NCBI GenBank assembly: GCA_032718475.1
Contig: JAUCBJ010000431.1
Coordinates: 1-40,604, forward strand
DNA length: 40,604 bases
Direction: 5' to 3'
Origin: Nemertoderma westbladi
Lineage: Eukaryota; Animalia; Xenacoelomorpha
Program-made: the position numbers and the translations under genes
Notes under the pieces: generated by a model
Told to the model about the DNA's origin: nothing
The model's database searches: none
What the model saw: the letters and a program-made list of their open reading frames with translations, nothing else
In this document: one piece after another, positions 12,003 to 20,854 of the stretch
How positions within the stretch are numbered: the first letter of the stretch is position 1
How the letters are laid out: the number at the start of each line of letters is the position of its first letter

Positions 12003-15000
12003 CTGATGGAAGGGACTTCAGATTGTCGTCCATGTATATGTCTCTCTTGATGTTGTCGATCACTTCCTTAGAGAAGGCCTCTCTATTGTCCTCTGCAGTA
12101 GTACGCACTACCGAACAGGCGTTGGAAGGGCTTGAGATTATCCCAAAGGCCTGGATGGTCATCCAGTACTCCACCGGTTTCTGGTTGAGGTCTCCTTCGG
12201 GCCACCATAGAAATCGTAGGCTATCTCGATCCCTATCCAACACTTTGACTTGCAAGAACATGCCTTCTATATCGGAGGCGAAAGCAATCGAATATTGTCT
12301 CAATCTTAAAAGAATTCCCAACAAAGATTGAAGTAAGTTGGGTCCGGGTAACAATTCAGAGTTAAGGGATTGACCCATGTAAAGAGCGGAGCCATCAAAC
12401 ACTACTCTCACTTCGTGTGGTTTACCGGGTTTAGGAACGTAATGGTGAGTTAAATAATACGTTCTTTCAGTCACAGGTGTTTCTTCCGGTACTCTCTCCG
12501 CGTATCCCTTATTAATAAATTTTTCCAGCTGTGTTTGATACATGGCTTTCGCTGAAGAATTAGCCGTAAGGCGTCGATGGAGTTGAGCGATTCTTTTTTC
12601 CGCCAAAGGTCTGTTATTGATGAACTTCGGTTCTTTCTTGCGGAAAGGTAAACCGACTTCATACCTACCTTGATCTTTGAGGAAACATGTAGTTGTCTCT
12701 TGGATCTGCTTGGCCCTTTCCTCTTCCACAGACAAGGCTTTATCGTAGGAATTGGGCTCTACCGCCTCTTGCGTAAAGAATCGTACGGCATGTTCATCCC
12801 GAATTTTGGCATTATGACGCTCAATGACGTCATTTAACTCGTCGTTATAAGCTTCTCGTTCAGATGGATAGAGAAGTTGACATAAGTTCACTTGGTTTTG
12901 CCAAGCCTCGTTTTCCTTAAGGAGATCGATGGTATTCTCCTCATCAAAAAGCTGGTGAACGTCGTCGTTATCTGAGGAGTATGGAATTCCCTCAGTTGAA
13001 TAGTCTCCTTCACTAGTATCATCTTCCCATTCACTCACCTGGCAGACTCTCTCTTGCGGTAGTCTTTCTCTGAGTGTTCTACGGGAAGGGCCAGTAAAGT
13101 ACCAACCTACTCTAGTTCTTACTGCATAGGTCTGTAGGGGCTGCGGTTGAGCAGGCCGTTTCTCCAACGTCTCCAGCGCCTCATGCGCGTTTTGGCCGAT
13201 GAGTATTTGCACTCCAGGATAATCAGTCTGGAATCGAGGTATGTTAAGATGTTGGATGCTCTCATCCTCGTCCCAATCATAAAGGTCTGCTTGAGTAGTA
13301 GCAAAGTTCTTTATAGCCACCATTTTCACTGACCTTATGCTGTTTTTTCCTAATTCGTCCTGGGGGGTGGACAACGCTCCTACATAATAATCAGCTGTTA
13401 TTGTAGATTTCCAAACTTGCATAATGCCTGACATGTTGAGCTTAGTTTGGAACTTGGGTTGTCTAGCAAATATATCTTCGGCTAACTCTTTATCGATGAA
13501 TGTTCCTGTGCTGCCGGAGTCAAGGAGGGCGTTTACTACATAACTCCTCTCAGGTCCGTGAACCCTTACTTGCACCACAGGAAACTCTCGGATCCCTACA
13601 TTGGAAGATGGCTCTTTCCAAGATGGTTGTCGTTCAGAAGTAGTTAGAGTGAAGTCGTTGTCTGTATCTTTTTCATATGTGAGTGCTCGATACACTGCGG
13701 TATTTATCATGTAACAGGATTCGTTTTCGTCGGAGAACTCATCTGTATAGAATCCTTCCATCTCAGATTGATCAGTGTCGTTCACATCACTGAATTGGAC
13801 ATGTAGCTCGGAATCACTTACCTGATTCGGACTATTTCGATCGAATTCAGCGTGCAACAAGATATGATGTTTCGCACCACACTTTGCACACCTTATGTCA
13901 GAGAAACAGGTTCGCCGTTGGTGTCCTTGTCTGAGGCAATTATAACATAACCGCTTATCCCACATGACTTCGCGTCTCTCCGTTAATGATTTCTTTAGAA
14001 ATTCATCACACCTATTCAAATAGTGGGTCCCGTCGCACAGCGCACATTTGGGTTTGATGTTACTTACCTTATTTTGAGTCACATTGTGTACACTGGCCTT
14101 TTCTTCGGGCTTTCTCACCTGAATTCTCTTGGGAGACGTGGGAGGAGTTTTTCTTACCTGTTCCCTCCTGTCATTTGTTCGAGACTTGAATTTACTCACC
14201 TGATCTTTAGGAATTTTATTTACGTAATAAGATCTATCAGTGTCTTTTCCGCTATCTTCTCCTTGAGAAGTCTGGCTTTCGCCGTCATCGGTATAACATA
14301 CTGGTGTTACCTTCCTCCTAGAGACGGGTTTTTCACTTACCTTGTTTTCCGGTGTCTTCTCTCGAGACTGCTTGAGGAGTTGCAATTTCACTTCTCCATC
14401 CAAGAATGACATGAGATCAGCCATGGTAGGGTCTCGTCGTTGTTGTTCCATCATATATAGTACTTTCTTATCCCAGCGTGTGCCTACCCCACCTTTCGGT
14501 AAAGTAGCAGCCACAGCTCCAATGACCATAGAACTTTGGTATTCATGAGACTTACCTAACCAATCTAATTGTCTACAGATCTCTTGAATCTCATCGGAAA
14601 ACTCTATTATCCCACTGCTGATGAACTTTCTGGGCGCTACTAATTTTGCATATAAATACTTAGCGATATTATTCCTATTACCATACCTGATGTTTAGTGT
14701 GTCCCAAACTTGTCTTAATCCGTCTGGATGTCCAATAAACTTTAACGCCATTAACTTGGGAGATCCTTCCAAGCACTCTATGAGGAACCTAAGTTTCTCT
14801 CCATTAGACAGTACAGAGTTCTGTATGTTATCTTTGTAATATTCATTAAAAGGTAACCATTTCATCTCATCTCCATTGAACTTGACGATCTCTCCAACCT
14901 TTACCGCTTGCCGGGCTTCGGTTCTAGCCATTTGACGCGTAAAACTTTCTTGGGCCATCGTGTTATTTAATATCGAGTTATCGGTATATAAATTTCTCGG

Positions 15001-17325
15001 ATTATGATCCGGTCTATAGGGAATATCATTATCAACAGGTCTATAATTACCCTTAATAGGGTTCATTATAGGAGTTTCTACTTCGCTAGCAGTATAGATG
15101 CATGTAGGCTCCACACCTTGCGCATGAGATACTTCAGACCTAACGGGTTGACACATTGTTACAGAGGGTGGTGGTATACCCCTTTGGGTATTTACTAATT
15201 TATCGCGCTCTAGCACGATACTTTGCTGCACTTCTTGCAACTCTAGTCTACTTTCCCTTACCGTGCCCTTAAACTGCTGGACAGTATCCTGCTTCTGCCC
15301 GAGCAGGATATCCATCCCCCGCCGTCTCTCGTCCACCCATTCAACCGCCGAAGCGGGAGTCGCCAACGATGTAGCGGGTGGACGAGGGACAACGGGCGAC
15401 AAATTATGAATATTTCGCTCGGGGTCCAGGACCTGAACTGTCTCCTGGGCAGTTCTATGGGGCACAGGTAGCTTAGTGCTATGTAGAGGGAATTTAGCGG
15501 TAACTTCAGGGAGTACAGGTGTGTCTATCACCGAAGGGGTGATTTCGAGAACAGGCCTAATTGTTTCAGGCTCATCTACTATAGTAGGGAGTCTTTCGAT
15601 TTTAATTATTTGGTCTGTGGGTTCTGTACTACCTAAGTTGGTGCTATTTAGTTGCCTTCTAACAGCTGGAGGCAAATCAGGCAATTTCTGACGGTGGAAT
15701 GTTCTTTTACGTCTACTTAGACGAGATCTATTTCCTTTGCCTTCAGTATCGGTGGTATCGCCTTCCTCAGATGATGTATATCCCTGTCTTTTGGGAGTAG
15801 ATCGATTCATCATCTGCATATTACTAGCTGTTAACTGTTTATTTATGCAGTCTTGATTCTCCTGAATGTTTTCCAATTCTAATTGGATGGTTTCTTCAGC
15901 TGCTCTCCGTTCTGCTTCTGCCACTGCCTCCGCCGCCTTTCTTTCCGCTTCGGCCTCTGCCTTTGCTGCTGCTACTGCCGCTTTTCTTTCAGCCTCTGCC
16001 GCCTTTGCCTCGGCCGCTGCCTCTGCCGCTGCCGCTTTTGCCTCTGCCGCTGCCTCTGCCGCTGCCGCTTTTGCCTCTGCCGCTGCCTCTGCCGCTGCCG
16101 CTTTTCTTTCTGCTTCTGCAGCTGCCACTGCTGCTGCTACTGCCGCTGCCTTTCGGTCTTCTATACGTTTTTTCTTTACTTGTTCTTCTTGGACTCGTGT
16201 CAGGCGGAGTTGTTCATCAAATTTAGCCTGATTCGCAGCCCTCATTTCCACATCGATGGCATCCAACACAAGCTTGGTTCCTTCACTATTAGGGTCAAGT
16301 CCCTCTAACCTTCTCCTCAACTCATCATCACCTAAAAAACGTTGATAGTCTGACAGATAGATGTCAATGGCATCCCTCTTATGCGGTTTCTCTGCCGTCG
16401 CTTCACTTTCCACTTGGGAAAAAGTAGCGTCCGTTGATTCTCCATGGGTTGAGCGCTCCTCCAACTGAGCTTTCCACTGAGCTGCTCCTTGAACCTGGCG
16501 ATTCACTCGTTGAAACCAAGTCTTTACGGCAACTTGCAACGACGTGTCTTGTCTTCTTTTAGAAGCTTCCTCAAAGGCTGATAAGATTAGCCTAATTCGC
16601 AGAACTCTTTCTCTAACTTGATAAAGCAGCGATCCCTGCTCTTGAGGTCCTTGAGGTTGTTGAAACAGTTGTTTTTCTACTCGCTCCATAGAGCTGAAGA
16701 ATCCTTGTGCGTATCCGGCTGCGGACCTCTTCCATACAGCTGGATCGATGGTTTCCTTGGCTACTCCCATCCGGTGTATGTCTTCCCAGGCAGCTTCTGA
16801 TAAATCAAACGGGAGTCCGGGTCCGGGGAAGTTCCATTGCGACTTGACAATAGACTTCAGTTCTTCACTCGTGTATCCCGCATAACTATCTCTAGTTGGT
16901 CGTTGACTTCTCGCCCAATCGATCTGGTGTTCTTCCACCGCGATCAATAACCTGGTGAGTACGGCTGCAGGAAGGATGAGAAGGGGATCCGTATAAACCG
17001 CATCCGTCATCTCTGCTCCGCGCTCGGGTGTCAGCTCTACAGTATCCTCACTACTGGAGCTGCTGGGCCGCTGAGTAATAAGTTCTTGACTCGCGGGTGG
17101 TTGCTGTTCCGCTGCTTCTTGGTCCCGCTTGACCTGAGCTCGGGTGCCTATGATAGACCTACGATGTTGGACTAGCCTAGGTTCTGTTATTACTACTGGA
17201 GGGATGACCTTCCTCACAGTGGGAGGTGAACTGGACTTACGACTAGAGGGTTCTACACCTCTATCCGAGTCGCAGATAGTTACATCTAATAGACTGTCTG
17301 ACAGGTTCTGCTTAGTATCAGACAT
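11989..17325 (-). CDS. BEL/Pao Gag-protease-RT (1778 aa up to the frameshift) with a long N-terminal extension
   Basis: DUF1759-like KFNGDEMKWLPF..LIECLEG; knuckles CALCDGTHYLNRC, CYNCLRQGHQRRTC, CAKCGAKHHILLH; protease ALLDSGS; RT RVVFDGS, SLNSELLPGP, SDIEGMFLQV, FGIISSP, YMDD. Confidence 0.95.
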   Translation of the reverse strand: MSDTKQNLSDSLLDVTICDSDRGVEPSSRKSSSPPTVRKVIPPVVITEPRLVQHRRSIIGTRAQVKRDQEAAEQQPPASQELITQRPSSSSSEDTVELTPERGAEMTDAVYTDPLLILPAAVLTRLLIAVEEHQIDWARSQRPTRDSYAGYTSEELKSIVKSQWNFPGPGLPFDLSEAAWEDIHRMGVAKETIDPAVWKRSAAGYAQGFFSSMERVEKQLFQQPQGPQEQGSLLYQVRERVLRIRLILSAFEEASKRRQDTSLQVAVKTWFQRVNRQVQGAAQWKAQLEERSTHGESTDATFSQVESEATAEKPHKRDAIDIYLSDYQRFLGDDELRRRLEGLDPNSEGTKLVLDAIDVEMRAANQAKFDEQLRLTRVQEEQVKKKRIEDRKAAAVAAAVAAAEAERKAAAAEAAAEAKAAAAEAAAEAKAAAAEAAAEAKAAEAERKAAVAAAKAEAEAERKAAEAVAEAERRAAEETIQLELENIQENQDCINKQLTASNMQMMNRSTPKRQGYTSSEEGDTTDTEGKGNRSRLSRRKRTFHRQKLPDLPPAVRRQLNSTNLGSTEPTDQIIKIERLPTIVDEPETIRPVLEITPSVIDTPVLPEVTAKFPLHSTKLPVPHRTAQETVQVLDPERNIHNLSPVVPRPPATSLATPASAVEWVDERRRGMDILLGQKQDTVQQFKGTVRESRLELQEVQQSIVLERDKLVNTQRGIPPPSVTMCQPVRSEVSHAQGVEPTCIYTASEVETPIMNPIKGNYRPVDNDIPYRPDHNPRNLYTDNSILNNTMAQESFTRQMARTEARQAVKVGEIVKFNGDEMKWLPFNEYYKDNIQNSVLSNGEKLRFLIECLEGSPKLMALKFIGHPDGLRQVWDTLNIRYGNRNNIAKYLYAKLVAPRKFISSGIIEFSDEIQEICRQLDWLGKSHEYQSSMVIGAVAATLPKGGVGTRWDKKVLYMMEQQRRDPTMADLMSFLDGEVKLQLLKQSREKTPENKVSEKPVSRRKVTPVCYTDDGESQTSQGEDSGKDTDRSYYVNKIPKDQVSKFKSRTNDRREQVRKTPPTSPKRIQVRKPEEKASVHNVTQNKVSNIKPKCALCDGTHYLNRCDEFLKKSLTERREVMWDKRLCYNCLRQGHQRRTCFSDIRCAKCGAKHHILLHAEFDRNSPNQVSDSELHVQFSDVNDTDQSEMEGFYTDEFSDENESCYMINTAVYRALTYEKDTDNDFTLTTSERQPSWKEPSSNVGIREFPVVQVRVHGPERSYVVNALLDSGSTGTFIDKELAEDIFARQPKFQTKLNMSGIMQVWKSTITADYYVGALSTPQDELGKNSIRSVKMVAIKNFATTQADLYDWDEDESIQHLNIPRFQTDYPGVQILIGQNAHEALETLEKRPAQPQPLQTYAVRTRVGWYFTGPSRRTLRERLPQERVCQVSEWEDDTSEGDYSTEGIPYSSDNDDVHQLFDEENTIDLLKENEAWQNQVNLCQLLYPSEREAYNDELNDVIERHNAKIRDEHAVRFFTQEAVEPNSYDKALSVEEERAKQIQETTTCFLKDQGRYEVGLPFRKKEPKFINNRPLAEKRIAQLHRRLTANSSAKAMYQTQLEKFINKGYAERVPEETPVTERTYYLTHHYVPKPGKPHEVRVVFDGSALYMGQSLNSELLPGPNLLQSLLGILLRLRQYSIAFASDIEGMFLQVKVLDRDRDSLRFLWWPEGDLNQKPVEYWMTIQAFGIISSPSNACSVVRTTAEDNREAFSKEVIDNIKRDIYMDDNLKSLPSVEDH
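15890..16150 (-). repeat. Coding Ala/Glu/Lys repeat (33-bp unit, AAAAEAAAEAK) in the Gag N-terminal extension
   Basis: gcctctgccgctgccgcttttgcctctgccgct repeated on +; visible in the translation. Confidence 0.9.
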
Positions 17326-17460
17326 ATTTGTATATACAGTTGAATGCCTACTGCTATATTACAGTGTAAGCAAGTCTAGTAATTCAGTATTAACTACTAG
17401 CCTAGTAATTAACTACCGATACTGCTACTCAATGTAGAGTGATATATATATAATATATTA

Positions 17461-17702
17461 GAATACCGGTATGCTTATATTATATATAAGTATTATTACA
17501 GACTAGGTTTATCTCAGAATACCGGTATAATTTTAGCACAAATATATATAAATATATAATAGGCGTATCGGGAATACCGGTATACAGCTTACAGTTTGTA
17601 GTATATATAATTCTGAACTAGAATTAATTACAAGTACCGGTATAATTTCAGCCTAAATTTATAGAAATAAAGATAATATGCCTATCGTGAATACCGGTAT
17701 AT
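17461..17702. repeat. Five TACCGGTA palindromes spaced 55-60 bp apart (degenerate tandem repeat in the 5' leader)
   Basis: TACCGGTA starts at 17464, 17520, 17575, 17635 and 17692. Confidence 0.85.
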
Positions 17703-18649
17703 CAATTATTTTTAAATAATTGAATTTCTGTACTTTAAGGTTACTTGGTTACTCTACTTACTTTATTACCGTTATTTGAGCAGTAGTCCAACTGATATTG
17801 AGACCTAATGGTTATATGGTAGGCCTACTATTTATAAATCGTTAGATTTGATTTATAATATATATATACCCGTTTTAATGGGTTTTGTCAATGTTGAAAT
17901 AAATGTTATTATTTCTGGGGGGTAATCACTGCACAAAGCGGTACGCTTTCAGTGAAGTGTTACTTATAAGACACTAAAACAAATAATGCTAATTTATCTA
18001 AGTTACTTAATACTACAAATTACGTACGATTCGGGTTGGGATTACAATCTCTAAATAAACACAAAAATTTACAAAAACACAAAATACGAATTTTTAGGGT
18101 AATTTTACAAGAAGTCTACAAACCAGCCTAACAAAGGGTTAGAAATCTGGTTATTACAACGGACAGGGTACTACGGTATTTGAAAATAATAAGTAGTAGT
18201 AAATACACTGCGTTGTCCAGATAGGAAAATACCAACGCCTGACGACCTATGGCCGTATCGCTATAGGTTCTACGTTATGTATCACGGAGTGTTCCTACCT
18301 AGAAGTTAATAGAGCTAATCGAAGGTGCCTATCAACCACTTTACAACACCAATATAATGCCTACAATAATTACTTTCGGAAAGCACTGTACACTAAACCC
18401 TAAATTAGGTACGAGTACTTGTACAACAGATAATTAGTAGCTAAATATACTTGAACAGCTAAAAGAACCACGGCATCTGCTGGAGTAACCGGTGCACAAA
18501 ATCACCAGTCTTTACCTACGCCAAGCAGCCCGTGTAGTACCGGGGTTAATTTAACTATAACGGTATGTATAACAAACACAATTACTGTAGGAACAAACTT
18601 GGGGAATATGAATGTTGCGAATAATCGCATAAACTCTGAATAATAAATA

Positions 18650-19215
18650 TTACGCTACGCGTACAAACTACTCAAACAAAATGCAGACCAAATACCGACA
18701 GACTACCATCAAGCCTAAACAAACTACGGTATATGCAGACTCCGAAATGATTAGGCAGTATGCGTTCTAACCCAGTAGTACGACTTATTCTTTAGCTGGG
18801 GGTTTACCTTACAGCGTTCGCTGCCCCTACTTCCTAACCGTACTCAATCGGACAGGTGCTCTACACACACTACAATCCGTTCAGACCTAATAACAGCCAG
18901 ACAACTATCCAGCCTACAAATTATCTAAATAAAATTATACGCTACCCGTACAGACTTACACAAACAAAGTACAGACTAAACGATGGCAGACTACTCTCAA
19001 GCCTAAATAAACCACAGGACATGCAGACTCCGAAATGATTAGGGAGTATGCGTTCTAACCCAGTAGTACGACTTATTCTTTAATTGGGGGTTTACCTTAC
19101 AGCGTTCGCTGCCCCTACTTCCTAACCGTACTTAATCGGACAGGTGCTCTACACACACTGCAATCCGTTCAGACTTAACAGCAATCAGACAACAGCTCAG
19201 CCTACAAATTGTCTG
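18650..19215. repeat. Tandem duplication of ~288 bp in the BEL 5' leader
   Basis: atgcagactccgaaatgattagg...cagcctacaaatt starts at 18733 and 19021; weaker similarity extends ~80 bp upstream. Confidence 0.9.
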
Positions 19216-19567
19216 TACAATCTGATCAGGCTTACACGTCTTCTGTTCAATACTGGCCTACAAACAAATAAAACTGACAGAAATAAGTAAGCTCCAAAAG
19301 AAACAAGGGGTGTACAGTCCCTAATCTCTTAAACAGCCTACCGGTATACAACAATCAAATCGAATAATACTAATGTACTTATACGGGAAGTACCGGTTAG
19401 GACAGTTAGGCCTACGGACCTACAGAAGTACCGGTTCTTGCAGTTGGACCTACGGGCCTACAGCAGTACCGGTTCTTGCAATTGGGCCTACTGACCTACA
19501 GATGTACCGTTCAGGTTTACCGGTTGACCGGTACTTTCAACTTTATTGCTTACTGCAATAAAGAAGC

Positions 19568-19579
19568 TATATCCTTTAA
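19568..19579 (-). promoter_or_regulatory. Non-tRNA primer-binding site (sense TTAAAGGATATA), complementary to an LTR-internal 12-mer
   Basis: Directly abuts the 5' LTR end with no TGG; + strand tatatcctttaa is the exact reverse complement of ttaaaggatata at 20352-20363 and 5589-5600. Confidence 0.65.
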
Positions 19580-20854
19580 TGTTCGCGCTTTCAGACCTTT
19601 GGCAGTTTAACCCGCCAAATTATGATGTCTTCTAGATATTAAATCGCTTTTCTGCCTACGACAAGTATTTGATTCACTACACTAGTCGAAACCAATCCGT
19701 GCGCGATCATTCACCCGTTGGTTATACCCGGGAGATTGGGTTCGATGGTTTAATCTTATTGCTATGTAAGCCTAATGTATTATTCGACTGACAGTATTAT
19801 ATAATCTCTGACAATATTATTCACCTTCGGGGAATATTAACAGTTCCTTTCGGACGTGGCGCTCTATCTATAGAAACAGAGTTATGACTTAAACTACTCA
19901 CAATGATATGGTTTAGTTATAATTAACATATATGGCGCATTCTTTAGGAAATGCTTCTTTAACAGACTCACGCATACACAATGCTGCACAATACTGCACA
20001 CTAATCTGCCGATCTTCACTGATTTTAGTCACATATAAAAGGAACACAGGCTGACTCATGTAGGGTCTATCAAATAACATTAGATTCACTTCAAACCACT
20101 TTAACATAAGTCACAATCGTTTATCTGTAACCTTTCTCTCTTACCTTCGGTATATCAAGAATATTGGGTTTCGGGGTTGTTTCTCGTTATTCCAAATATA
20201 ATAATTCATCCACAAATATAATGAATAACCGACAGTAAATAGCAGTATAAAACAACAACTGAACACTGATTGTTATGAGTTTGCAATGTTTCAGCAGTCA
20301 GTAGTATGCCGTGCGTCAGGCAGTTTGTTTACTGGTCCGCCGTTTGTAGTGTTAAAGGATATATGTCCTTATAATTAAACCTACTAGTGTTGAGCTAAAA
20401 AGCAGAAAAGCACAAAACACTATAAAGCCGTTCTTTCGTGGCTTTGAAAAACTCCTGACTACGAGAATATCAAATACACTTATTCCACGAAGCTCCCGTT
20501 CAACACAGAGGATGAGCAGTGAGATAGGAAAATTTCAGTTCAGTAGCTCAGGATTGGTCGAAATCAACGCCCACTCAAATTCTATTGGCCGATACGGAAA
20601 GCTGCAACGTGGCAATATCAGCCGTTACCCGTCGTCATGGTAGCGACACTGTTTTCAAGAGTAGCGAGCCTTTTACGTCATGAAATTGCAGATTATGTCC
20701 TCTAAAGTACAAATACAGTTCAAATACAGAAGAAATGACTTTTATGTCCTCTAAAACACCAGTACAGCAAGGACACGGCCTTTTTATGCCTGGCAAACCA
20801 ACTACAGAGTACTTTAAGGGAAAATAACCGGTTAATGACGCAAAAGCTTTTACA
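19580..20854 (-). repeat. 5' LTR (1275 bp)
   Basis: TG...CA; near-identical to 4827-6091 apart from two divergent blocks and scattered SNPs; sense CCAAT boxes near 20553 and 20585. Confidence 0.95.

Larger units (their letters stand above)
4827..20854 (-). mobile_element. BEL/Pao LTR retrotransposon, ~16.0 kb, two LTRs, no matching TSD
   Basis: Direct repeats 4827-6091 and 19580-20854, both TG...CA; internal Gag-PR-RT-RH-IN order with BEL-type triple Cys/His knuckles. Confidence 0.96.

Noticed and set aside
15866-16308. Ala/Ser-, Cys/Arg- and Leu/Pro-rich ORFs on +
   Set aside because: Antisense shadows of the Gag Ala-rich repeat.
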